Shown one piece after another: positions 25,556 through 39,100 of a stretch of DNA of 64,000 nucleotides. Both the position numbers and the translations under genes were made by a program. The stretch's first letter is position 1, and every line of letters starts with the position of its first letter. The notes under the pieces were generated by a model that had not been told where the DNA came from, ran no database searches, and was given only the letters and a program-made list of their open reading frames with translations. Source of the DNA: Nageia nagi (lineage: Eukaryota; Plantae; Pinophyta); the NCBI GenBank assembly GCA_050084985.1, contig JBITNC010000001.1:173414001-173478000 (forward strand), read 5' to 3'.

Positions 25556-28500
25556 TTTTTGTTTATCAGAACCAACAGGTAAATTTGATATTAATAAAAA
25601 AAGAAAATCGAATTTTGAAAGCACCTCAAACACCTTTTACAAAAAAGTAATAGAGAGTTGAATCTATTTTCCTCTATAATACATAAACAAAGAGAAATAG
25701 ATCTCTGTCAAGTATAAGCCATACACAAAAAAAAACATAGCATAAGGTAATTATCATTACATAGTAACAGTATAAGTTCTGGTCCATCAACTAATCAAAA
25801 GAGAGTAAAACAAAGCACTATGTATAGACTATATCTATCTTCTTATCAAAAGAAATATAGAGTATTTCACGCATAGAAGTAAAATGGTTCTTAGTTTGAG
25901 TATCCTTTAGAAGCAAACAAAAAAAAATTGATCCTAATGTTGTACAATATCCATGGAGACAAAGAAAACATAATTAGCCCTAACTATTTCCCTCCTTGTC
26001 AGGTTTGAGCTTCTGAAGAGGCTTTACTTTGAAGTAGAATCTTGTATTATATTATGGTCTTATGGATGCTCGAATGTCAAGGAAGTCATTATGCCAATAA
26101 TCCTGAAGCTTTACCTCATATGGTTCAAAATAATCCTCATCCCATTGTAGCTTCAACTTTTGATGATTATACTTGTAGAACTTCTTGTATATCTTCCTCC
26201 AAGTTTTTGCTTTTTGAATCAAGTTATGTTTCTGGGTTTTAGATCCTTGCATAGATTCATAGACAAGAATGGTTTCAAAAATCACACTGGGGTTCCCCTG
26301 ACATCTTTCTGCTTCAAGTAACATTACATTATGCAAATGGATATTTTGAGGCATGCAAATTAGTTGGACATGTTGTCTATACTTGGTAGGCTTAGGACAC
26401 CTTCTAATTATAGCAAAACACCATAATATGAAGGTTACATGAGTCATGTTTTGTAGTCTGGTTAGGAGAATGAGAGGGAAATTCCATAGGATTAATCATG
26501 GGAGGGGGATTCTTTATATTCCAATCATGGTAAGGTTTTTCAAGACTAGTTTTACCACTTTCCTTCTCCATCTCATGGATAGAGCAGGATTCCCATTTCC
26601 TCTTTCTTTCATAAGTACATTTAAAGGAAGGAGTTATTTTAGGATTGACATCAATTTTGGTAATCTCAAGAGTGACAAGATTCTCTTTTGTGTAAGTTGA
26701 ACTACATTCCTCCTTAGGTGGACTATCAAAGATAAAGATAGTTTCAAGTTCCAGCCTACCTTTGGCCTTATTCGCTTGAGTCATCGATCGTGTCCTCTTT
26801 ATGGGGGTAAGAAACCCTTCTGCTATGTTATGTTCATTGTCACCTGGTTGTTGTCTATTCTTCGGGCAAGGTTGTTCTTGTACATTCTAACCTAAATCTT
26901 CCTCAATAATGATTCTTTGAGTTTGCTCAGTTGACCTTCTTCTCCTTTTGAATCTAATTCGGCCTTATTCATCTTCATCCTCACCCTCTACAAAATTTGA
27001 TCTTGTATGTTTTGTCTAGTTTTGACATAGTTCCATTGTTCATCATCATTCTAGACTCAATTCTCTTGGTTGTTTTCCTCATCAACCATCCTACCCTTCC
27101 TTCTCACCCTTCCTAGTCGAGCTTGTGTATTCTTTGGGTTAGGGTTACCTTTGAGCAAAATTTGCAAGCTGATGTCGGTAGACTAGTAGCATGACCATTT
27201 GGTGTGAGGCTATGGCATTTGGTTTGGCCTTACATTTGGTGAATAAAACCACAATTGAGAATTGAACAAAATTCACAAATTTAATCTGCTCTCTAGGGGG
27301 TTTGAAGTGATTCCCATCAGAATGATGTGGGTACCAAACACTTATATCTATCTCCCATCCAATGTTATATATTTCATTAGTATCTTACACACTTTATGCC
27401 ATGGGTAAGGAAGACTTCTTCTATAATACCCTATTCTATATTGTTCTAAACATATTTGACCCCCTTTGAATTTTTGAACCTCCTCAATCTTACTTGCCTT
27501 TGAAATTTGATTGACCTTCTTTCCTCTATTTGGAAGGCCTATAGCTTCTATAATAGCTGATTCATTAAAGTAAAATTCCCTTCCATGAATATTACAAACC
27601 CTATTCTCCCATGTATTCACTACATAATTCACCAATCTTCGATCACTTCAAACTCTGCATGCTTCAATAAACCTATCCAGACCTTCCCTACATAAAATTC
27701 TCCAGACACGGGGGTCTTTTTTTGCCTTACTTGGATCACTCAGCTTCATGAATACCAACACCCCCTCCCATTCTCCTCTAGTTTGATACTGCTCTATTGA
27801 TAAGGTGGTGATAATTATTCCACTCGAACTGTATTTTTATTATGGTAATCCTTTGCTTTATGATGAACTCATACTCAAGGTCATCATTAATATGAAAGGT
27901 GGCATGAGATCACTATCTTTTCATTCTTATGAATATGTTCTCTCCATTGGTTATCCTTCTCATAATGTGAACATCACACTTGTCAAGAAGCCCATCTACC
28001 TTAACTCCTTCACCCTCACGATTTTAGCATTTTTTTATCATTTGGTCTTAAAAAAGATTTAAAACTTGATGACATTTCCTTATCATCGAAGTACACCATC
28101 ACATTTTCTACCAATCTAAGAACCATAATTTTGAAAAATTCTTGTGCTTCATTTTCTTTATTTTCAAACACTCGACTATTTCTCTACTTCCATATTTGCC
28201 ACCACATATGCCTAGTCAACATTGTCCATCATTTATAGTACCCTTTAGTTTTCTCCCAAGGTGCCCAATGTTTTATGCATTGTTCAACATCCCTTGGTAG
28301 TATCCATTGTATCTTCATTTTTTTCATATCATACCCCAAATATTCATTGTATACTCATAATGCAAGAAAATGTGATCTATACTCTCTTCCTCTATTTTGC
28401 ACAACACACATCTATTAACCATACTGAAACCTCTTATTTGTAAATTGTTTATTGTTAATAGTCTTTTCTTAGCGCCAAGCTAAATAAAAAGGCAATCGTA

Positions 28501-31500
28501 GGTGTTAACTTTGCTTTCCAAATATTCTTCCATATTTTGCTCCCCTTTATTTTTCTAAAAATATTACTTAGAGTTATGACTACTTCTTTAACCTTGTATT
28601 GGCCATTAGTCCTTAGTTTCCATATCAATTTCCCTTCCTGACTATTGAGCTTGATATTAGAATCATTTAGTTCCTTTTGTAACTGCTTTAGTTATTTTGC
28701 TATTCTACCTCTAATCGACCTATGAATCTGCCAACTATTAGTATCCTTATTAAAATACTTGTCAATTAAGCTCCCTTGATATTTCAAATCCCACTCAAAT
28801 CCTTGTTTATAATCCTTTATTTTAATTAGTGGTTCCTCTTTAAACCATGCATATTCCTAAATGTGTACTTGCTCACCATTTCCTGGGTGCCATTTGGTAG
28901 AATCTTGAATCTAGTACCTTACCACTATTATACCATTCCAAAATGGCAAACCATACGATGGATTCTGGATTCTCAAGATGCAATTTTGGCCCATCATATA
29001 TTTATCCTTACAAGTGTGAACCCACTCCTCTTCATTTTGAGTTATTTACCAAACCAATTTTTGTTTCAAAGCTTGATCCACTTGCTTCATTTTTCTCAAC
29101 CCCAATCCTCCCTGATCTTTTTCCATGCAAACAAAATTCCAACTTACCAAGGTGATTTTCTTCTTTTTTGAATCTCTTAACCATAAGAATTTATTACAGA
29201 TTTTATATATCTTATCACTAATAGTTATAGGTAATTTAAAAGCCATTGCACTATAAACAGGTATGCTTTGAAAAATAGATTTAATGAGGACAAGTTTACC
29301 TACATAGCTTAGACATTTTTCCTTCCATCTTGTGAGTTTATTTTGGATTTTTTGAAGTAACACATCCCAATATTGAGATCTGAGTCTTCCAACAAAAAGG
29401 GGCATTCCTAGATATTTGGTTGACAAATCATCAGTTTTACACCCCCATATCATAGTAATACTCTTCTTACTAGCTTCAAAATAATTAATAAAGTAAATCT
29501 TAGTCTTTTGTAAATTTGTTTTTTGGTGTGAAGCTTTTTCATACATATTTAGATCCTTATTAAATTGAATTCTTCCCTCCTTTCATCTTTACCAACAAAG
29601 ATAGTATTGTCCACAAATTGATGGTGAGTTGTGGCCTTACAGTTAGCGGATGGAATAGTCCCTTTCAAAGTTTGAGTATCCCTATACTATTTCAATTTCC
29701 TCCCCAACGCCTCCATCATTATGATGAACAAATAGGGGGAGATTGGATCTCCTTGCCTAAGCCCTCTTTGGGAGTTAAAATAACATTTTGCTTCTCCATT
29801 GATGATAATAGAAAATATAGGTGAAGATATATACTCTGTAATCCAATTTCTCCAAATTTTTTCAAACCCTAATTTAGCTAAAACCAAATTCAAAAAAGTC
29901 CAACTCACCCTATCATAGGCCTTTTCCATATCCAACTTTACCACCATAGTCAGAGTTTTCTTATTATGCATTGAATGAAGGACCTCGTGCATTTGAATAA
30001 TTCCATTCGTAATCTACCTCCCTTTGACAAATTCATCTTGCTCTATAGATATGATTTGAGAAATTAGTGGTTTTAGCCTTTTCACCATTATTTTTGTGAT
30101 GGTTTTATAGATTACATTGCAAAGACTAATTAGTTTGTAGTCTTTGAACTCCTTTGTTTCTTGTGTCTTAGGGATTAGGGTCAAGAATGTGTTATTCCAT
30201 TGTTTCAACAATTTCTCTTTTTAAAGAATTCTTTTACAGCATACCACACATCCTTCCCTATAATTTCCCATTTTTTTGGAAAAATCCAGCAGGAAAGCCA
30301 TCCGATCTAGGACCTTTGTCAACTTCCATTAGGAATATTACCTATTTGACTTCTTTTATAGTTTGCTATTGTAGTGCTTCATTTTGCTGATTTATTATAA
30401 TTTTTGGTATATTTTTAGTAATTTTTTCTTTAGTTATAGGGTTGTTTCTTTGATCCATTGTTAGCGGGTCTTTGTAGAATCCCTCTACTTCTTACTTAAT
30501 TTCCTTTTCTTCTAAATTTAAAACACCATCTTATCTTTTGATCTCATTAATCATGTTGTAATTTCTCCTTCTTATAGTGGTGATTCTAAACAATTTTGTA
30601 TTTTTATCTCCTTCTTTGATCTAGGCCACTCTAGATTTCTATCTCTAGAGTTGTTCTCCTAAGAGATAGTATTATAGAACTCTGCTAGAAGTATTTTTTC
30701 TTCCATGTCTAGGTCACTTATCTTTCCTATACTTAGTATTCCATTCTCAATTTTTTCCAATTTTTCTTTCATATGAGTCTTCTTGAAATGCACATTTTTA
30801 AAAACTTTTTCTTCTATATTTTCAAATTTATTTTGACTTCATCTAATTTCTTGACTAACCTATACATGGTTGTTCTCTCAATCTTTATCTTCCACCATTC
30901 TGTAAGCATGTACTTGAAGTTTGGATGAGACATCCACATATTTTCAAAACTGAAGGGGGATTTTTTCTTTACTATTTTTTCCATTTTAAGCTCTATAGGT
31001 CTATAATCCAAAGATATTCTTGATAGAGAGTTTAGAATAGCATTGGGGTAATTATCTAGCCATTCTTTGATAACTACAATCCTATCCAATCATCTTTGTA
31101 TAAAACCTGCCCCAATCCATCTATTGGACCAAAGATATCTATTCCCTTTTAAATTGAGATCAATCAAAGCATTATCATCAAGAAAATTTCTAAAGTCTTC
31201 CATACTAGTGGTCATATTGAGTCTGCCTCCATATTTATCCTCTATATTCAACGGAGTATTAAAGTCTCCTCTTATAAGCCCAAGCATAGTTGGAAATACT
31301 TTCTTATGGTTTGATAAAAATTCCCAGAATTATCTTCTCCTCATTAGAAGGTTGGGAGCATAGATTTTAGACATAATGAAACTATAGTTTGAGGACTTAC
31401 ATGCGATTTTCATATATAAGCATCTATTAGAGAGCCATTGTATTCTTTCTGCATCAATTTTCATAGGATCCCATAAGATTTAAAGTTCACATGATTTTCC

Positions 31501-33190
31501 TAATATTGTGATAGCTTCATATTTGGCTTCCCTCCATATCTTTTTTGCTATTTTTTGAATCTTATGTTGCTTAATTTTGGTTTCTTGTATTATTAACATA
31601 CCTGGTTTACTCTCTTTCCATAAGTCTCTAACAATCTTTTATTTTTTGAGATATTCTAGCATATGATGTTCGTCATCTTCTTTTAACACCACTTTGATCA
31701 TGAGTGTTTCTCCTTTATTTTCCTTTTTTCTTCATTGAGTGTAGTCCTCTTTTCTCATCTTTTCCAAATGTATTGTGATCCTTCTTAACATAACTTGTTT
31801 GTATTTTGCATTGGGGATTTGGGTATTCCTTTTTTATTATTCTTCTTTTTCCCTTACATTTCATTTTTGTTTTCTAGCTCCTTATTTTCTATATACTCCT
31901 CTTCTTCATCATCTTCTACTTGATCCTCTTCTTCTTCTTCCTCATATTTCTCCTCCTCTGCATATGCTTCATTTTCTTCATAGATTTCCTTTGATTATTC
32001 TCCCTCATGATTTATTATTTACATGATTACATTTGTATTACATGTCATCTCATCTATCAGTTCTTCCTCATTGGTTGGATTTTGGAATTGAGTTTCTTCT
32101 ATTTGAAAAGCCTTTGTACCTTTTTCTTTTGTTATATTATGCAACACTCAAAAGAATCCCTCTTTAGGGGTGAATCTACCTTTTGTGATTCTCTTTGGTT
32201 CTTATTCTCTAGAATAGGAGTTATCTTATTTTGTATATTTAACTCTATGAACTCTTCATTTTCATCTTGTCTAGATGTTCCAGTTGACTTTGATTTACTT
32301 ATTTATTCTTCCCTTTTTCTTGGCCAATTGGCTATTTTTTCCTCCTATTGGTTTCCATGTTCCTTCCATTTTACGATTAGGCCTATAATAGTAGTTATAG
32401 CTTTATTGATTTGGTCATGGCCCTTGCTGAGCTTGTTACCTATTTCTCCATGGGAAATATTTTTCTATATGTCCATATCTATTACACCCATTACAGATTA
32501 TTGGAGGTATATAGAATGATATATCCTAAATTTATTCTCCTCTTTTATTTTTCAGACATATATTCATCTTCATAGGCTTTGAGATGTCTATATTGGCACA
32601 AAATCTTGTTGTCTGATAAGTCTATCTAGATCTTGTATTTTTTTCAAACATATATATTTACCCATTATTGAAGTAGTACCAACAATTATTTCTTCAAACC
32701 AAAAGTCAATTGAGAGCTCTGGTACTAATATCCACATTAGGATTTTTGTAAAAGAATCATTTTGAGGCTTGAATCCTTCATACCATTTATTTATATGTAG
32801 TTTTCTTTTCTCGAACCACCAAGGTCCTTTTTCCATTACCCAATGAAGATCTTCCTCTAGGTTGAAGTTAAACATTAAGAAATCTTTTGGAAGTATTTCC
32901 ATTTCCACCTCCCCTTTGAGTCTCCATACTATTTTTATCCATATCCTTATATTTTTGTATATTATCCTTGCTCCCATGAACTTTCCAATAAGGGCATTTT
33001 TTTATGGATTCCAGCATCTTGTTGTACATAGTATCTGGGATAATTATTCTTGACATGCCTTTATCAAAGTCTACCTTATACACCTCGATCAACATGCCTA
33101 GTTTGATTCCATTTCGCATATTCTTTTGAAGTGCTTGGTAAAAGGATAATGAAGCATAGGGACCCCTCTATTGGGTGAGTCCATATTGGG
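25556..33190 (-). mobile_element. Degenerate L1-clade LINE: ORF1 (DUF4283-like, ~33119-31700), ORF2 (endonuclease-RT-zinc finger, 31676-~27800), an extra 3' ORF, and an A-rich tail
   Basis: KGPWWF..WILVPEL (ORF1); MTNIIC*NI, GDFNTPL, DRIVV (APE endonuclease); LIPK..ISLCNVIYK, KLDMEKAYDRV, GLRQGDPISPYLF, KYLGMPL (RT). The - strand 3' end reads CCTGTTGGTTCTGATAAACAAAAA at ~25556-25580. Many stops and frameshifts. Confidence 0.9.
25980..27771 (-). pseudogene. Decayed extra ORF (~600 codons) between LINE ORF2 and the LINE 3' end; function unknown
   Basis: ATG (MGG..) at 27771, then DPRVWRILCREGLDRFIEAC..VNTWENR..AIGLPNRGKKV..LPYPWHKVCKILMKYITLDGR..VFGTHIIL, a charged low-complexity middle and a C-terminal part ending ~25980; fragments match ORFs 27348..27635 and 26404..26784. 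Confidence 0.55.
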
Positions 33191-36100
33191 TTAAAAAATA
33201 TCACATGCATTATCATATCTACTACTATCATGTCTAGCTAATTTGTTTTTGTAGCACTTTTAATCAATTTGATTGACACCATTTTAGCTTTTAATTTATT
33301 TATAACACTTTGATTCTAGTCACTCGAATGACTTATGAGTCACTTGGACGATCTTGCAGGTCACGTAGTCATCCAGATGATCATGTCTGAGATTTATAAA
33401 AGATAATTTGGGCTCACTTTTTGAGACTTCTTGCTTGACACACTTTTTCATGAGCTCTATGATTATTATACTTAAGTATTTTCATCCTTGTCACAAGATT
33501 TCTATTTTATCTTAAATGTCTAGTTTTACATTTTATCTTTGAGTGCATTGTGATCATCTAGATGACTTTTGATCATCTAGATGATTGGAACTTTCATCAC
33601 AATCATCATTGTAGTGGAATATTCTATGGTAGAGCTTTGTAACTTTCATTTCATCTATCAAACATGGAGAGGGAAGGCATGTTCTTACATGGGTGAGTAT
33701 TTGAATCTCTTTCATTACTCTCTTTATCTAGGATTACCACTCTTTAATGAATTTTGCATTGCATGTTGGGGGGATTGTTGCATACACTTTGAAATCTACT
33801 TTGATGTTTCAAATTCAAAATATTACAAAAAGGTTTCCTTGCTGTTGGGGTATCTTTGTTGTTTGTTTAGTGTATACAAAAGATTGTTATATTTAAATTA
33901 TTTCCCATTCAAAAAGAAAAGAAAGCAATTTATAATTTTATAAAACTTATGTGGGTGTGCCTTGATTTTGTTTTGAAAAGAAAATGTGTTTGGGGTGTAA
34001 TTGCATTGCATATTATTGTAGGGTTGAATATCATATTTTCTTATTGCATTAAAATTCTCATAAGCTTAGGGAGTATCTAGGGCATGTGGATTTCATCACC
34101 ACGGCCTAACCCATATTCAAATTTCATCACCAAAGTGGGAGCCCCCTCTATTGATGATGTGTGTCATAGAGGTACTTGACTACCCTTGAAAAATGATTCT
34201 CACCCTTAGAGATCGATCCTTATCTTGTTAACACTTGATTAGAATCATTTTTTAGGAAAACATAAAAAAGATTATGTCACAATTTACAAGTGCATTGTTA
34301 AAATCAACCCTAACTAAAAAAGATAAAGTGTCAAATTGAACAAAGAAGAAATTAGAAACATAATCACCATTGCTATCTCTTACCATTACTTCTTATCATT
34401 TAGACTTATGTTTTGAAGTGGGTGTTATGATTTAGGCTTAATGACATTACGTGCATACACATTAAACAAGATCTCTTTTAACTAAATTCTTGTTGGGTGA
34501 TTTATTACTTTTGCATTATTTTAGTTCTATATTAGTACACTCTAGTTTTATTTAAAAGGGCTTAATAAATCAATTTTTCCTACCCTGCCATTATGTCTCG
34601 CGCACCCGCTAAGGAAAAAAATCTTTGGCATGTTCATATGGTTGAGACTAGGAGTTAGCATAGGGCTAAAGCATGTGAGGAAGAGGAACATAACAATAAA
34701 AAAAATTAAACAAATCCTCTTCCATGTTTGCATGTAACCCATAATTGATCACATACCCTTTATCATTCACCCCAGAGTGGGTCTACCCATGTGTCAACTT
34801 GCCTCTCTTTTAGTAAGACATTAGAGAGATTTTGTGTTCTTGAGTCCACCCCTTGGTAAAAGGGAGATATCATGTGATACCTCATAGAGCTAGTTTGTAT
34901 CAATTAAACATATTTCTTTAGAGCAACTTGTATCATATTATTAGCTAGATCCTTTATAAGTTGACTCTTTTCAAGTTCCACAATATGAGGTTAAGCACTC
35001 TATACCTCATCCTAGACCTAGTTCAACTCACCTTCCCATTCACCCTATAGAGTCAAAGATGTCCCCACATGAGATGTTCATGAGTGATACCATGGTCCAA
35101 ATATTGTAAAGGGAGTTTTGAGAGACATAGTTTCATTCATCAAATGCCCTTGGTAGGGAACCCTCACCATAGTTAACTCCTATTACTGAGGTCGCCTACT
35201 CTCAGATTCTTGATCACGAGGAAGAGATAAAGGATGAACATATCAAGGATGCCCCCATGTACCCTATCATTAGGTATCATCCATTACATACAATTGTATG
35301 ATACATAATCGATGAAGTAACTAAGATAACATATTGTGAGGAATCTTTGTTACATCATAGGATACCTCCTTATATCAATGCATCCATGATCTACCCCCCA
35401 TCCTAAACCAACTATGTTTAGGTCTGCATAGGGTCCTCTAAGTCCTCCTCCTAAACAACCACCTTTATCACCTATTAGTCTTGAGCCACGTGTTCTCACT
35501 TTCTATAGGACTCCACCACCTCCACTTGACGGTTGGGCTAGATACTATTATGATGATTCACATCTTACACCCTAGCCTAAGAGTCAGCCCTTATCTCATC
35601 CTTTACGTGATCCTAAACCTTTACATCATGTCATTACCCATCCCATGCATCCCACTATATCCCATGTTCCTATGTCCCACTCGTAGCTAAAGGTTCCACC
35701 TAAAGGCCATGTAGGGCTTGGGTCTCACTCATACTCAACTGATCCACCATTGTAACCATATTATTATTCTTCTTCTCATGTAGTGGTGCCTTCATGAAAA
35801 AGTATATGCATATCATTCAAAAGATCATCCTCATGCATATACTCATCCTAGATCCCACATACCTCATTATGATCTCAGGTATGATGAATCTTCTCATCAT
35901 GCCTAAGCCTTTTTTCTTGAACCACCTCAATTTTTGAGTCACCATCAGTTGTAGGAATCTCATACTAGAGGGGTTTTTGATCAAAATCCCTCACACATTA
36001 TACCTAAGGTGACCTTTGATACACAAAAGTATAACCAATCATATGGGCAAGATAAGAATCCTTAATATGATGACCAATATGACCAATATGATGATCAACC

Positions 36101-39100
36101 CATTAGTCAGGTTCCAAAGCAACAACCTATTGTTAGTACTCAACCTCCCAATGTAAATGATGAAATTTTGAAAAGGTTGGAGGATATGGAACTTTAGGTT
36201 AAGGATCATGAAAAGGCTAAGTTATTGTACACTTCTATTTGTAATGAACCCATCCATCCAAGTGTGTCAACAAAGACCTTTCCCAACAAATTTGAGATCC
36301 TTAAGATAGACAAGTTCAAAGGGAAAGAGCATCTTAGAGAGTTCAAGAACTCTTGCTATATCATTAGTAATGATGACATACTCATGCTTAGGACGTTTCC
36401 TATGATAATTATGGGTCAAGATTTAGACTAATATAATAATCTTTTACAACATAACATCTCTCCTTTGAATAGTTAGCCAATAACTTCCTTGACCACTTTG
36501 CCATAATCATACATAAGAGATCATCTATCATGAACTTGGGCAAGTTATCATAGTTTGATGATGAGTTTATTTTAGATTACTTATGTAGATGGAGGGTCAT
36601 TATCACTGATATGCCATACACTCTACCTCAGGAGGAGTTGGTCAAGTTGATCTCCCGAAGCTGCAACAAACAATATCTTCTATACTTAGGATTCAACAAC
36701 ATCATACTTTTGAGGAGGCTTTAGCCCAAGGTTTAGGATGGTGAGATCAAACTTATAAATAAGAATAATAATAATTTAGAAGTACTATTACAATGGAAAT
36801 AATCCTACTACTTTGCATCAAAACCCATTGAGTAATCAAGTATCTCATGAAGTCCCTTAGACATAGCCAATGGTTTAGTTAGCTCCTCCATGATTGCCTA
36901 GGGCCAATCCACCTCTATAACCACAAGCACAAGAAATACTTAGGTAGAATATTGATCAGAATAATCAATAATGCTTATAGGCCTAGGAAACCTCAACAAC
37001 ATGAGCCATGCAAACCTTGGACTCCTTTGGCTAAGCCTATTGAGGATGTTCTGAAGAAAATTTTAGAGGCATAGTTGGTCAATCTCCCCAAAATTAAGCC
37101 TATGGATCCTAGTTGGGAGAAACTCGCTTGGTACAAAGATAATAAGTATTGCATTTACCATCAATAGAAAGGACATGATACTAATAAATGCAATTAGTTT
37201 AGGAACATTATTTAAAGGTTAGTAGACAATGGGCAAGTATCCACTAGAAATCTAGTAGCCCAACCTAATAGAAATCTGGGTGTTTTCAAGATCCATTGCC
37301 TAGGCATAACAACAATTTCAATCATATATCTTCATAAGTAATGTAACATGTTAACCATGACTAAAATCCTAGGTAGAATAATGAGTTAGTGGGTTTCAAG
37401 GATATCAGGTTAAATTTTCCCTTTGTAGGAGGCATTGATATAACCCCTAACTATGAGTTTACATGTATCATGGAACCACCTCTATCATATCAAATTATAG
37501 TTCATGATAGAAACATGATTTACATGGAAACTAGAATGGGTAGAGGTAATGATTGAGCACCTCCTCATCCCCCCAAGGAGGTGAGAATTCCATAACCTTT
37601 ACCTTAGGCTAGAGTTCATATTTAGACCCAAGCTCCATAGAACCAATGACTATACAGAGTTAATTAGAGAAACAACTTAGGACTACTTAGATAAAGCTAT
37701 CCCTATGGAATTTATTGCAACAATCTCCTGAACATAGGAATGTTTTGAACAATATATTAAAAGCAATTGAGTTAGATAGTAGCAACCCTAATTATTTTGG
37801 AGATTTCATAGGGGTTTTTCATAGTTCTACTAGACCTAGCATTACTTTCTATCAATATGAGATTCAACATCTTCCACCTGATAAGCCAAAGCATTTTGCT
37901 TTATACATTGTAGCATATGTGAATTTTCATCCTTCAAAGAGAGTATTGGTAGATAATGGGTCTACAATCAATGTTATATCTTCTATAGCATTTAAGATAC
38001 TTAAGGTTCCTATTAGGTTTTTGAATGCTCCTACTCTTACTACTAGGGCCTTAAATAACACTCTAGCTAAAACCATGGGCACAATAATCCTTCTGCTCAA
38101 GGTAGGAGTTAGAGAAATAGCAACTACTTATCACATGGTTGAAGGTGAGATGTAGTATAATTTGCTTTTAGGTTGGCCATGGGTAAAGGATATGGATTTA
38201 ATTCCATATACTTTACATTAATGTTTCCATCTACTTTACATAAATGTTTGAAATACTTACATAACAGAATGGTCCATTGCATTATAGTCGATTTGAACCC
38301 CTTTAGTCATTGCAACTCCATTTTTTCTCTTGGGTCATATCAAATACCATGTTGGCATCTTTTGTCAATCATCATTCTTGTGAGTGATCATCCTAACCCT
38401 ATGCAACCACATTCATAAGAACTTCCATCCTCAACTCTTCCTCAAGTTCAGACAACTTCTTCTTCTTTATAGTCATCTTCATCATCTCTAGTCGATGTGG
38501 ATCCCTTTATATGCCATGATGGTAAATCCCTTGAGTATTTTGCATGTGCTTCTTCCAATCATCAAACCTCATCCATAGCCCCTAGTGGAAATGATTATCC
38601 ATCTTATCATCAAGTGCCACCACTCGATCATTTCCATTTGTCTTCATCGTGCCTCATATATGATTCAATGTAGGAAGATGAGCCCTCTTCCTCTTTGGTT
38701 GATCTTGATCCTCCAAACCAATAGCTTGTCAACCTTGTCATTTCACCACCATCTGATCTCATTAATTATGAATGTATTGGAAAGGGGTACTATCTTATAA
38801 ATAATTTTCTTTTTCATATTCCCTCTGTAAGAGATGTGGGGAGACCTCAAAAATTCTCACTTGCTTCAGGGTCCATCATCCCACTAGGCTCATGTCCTAA
38901 CCAATATTTCTTTATTTATGTAGGTATATATTTACCCTAAGAAATTCCCCTCAAGAATAATTTTAAGGAGAAATTTTTTACTAAAATATAATATCTATCA
39001 TGTCCTGATCTGGTGTGTAGATTCTTTCCTAAATGGAAATGGTAGGGATATGGTCTAGGAAAATTTGAGTAATAGCAAGTTCATGCTTTTTCTATTCTAT

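Noticed and set aside
31775-32519. Hydrophobic + strand ORFs (83 and 170 aa)
   Set aside because: Antisense to the purine-rich, charged C-terminal part of LINE ORF1; compositional artefacts.
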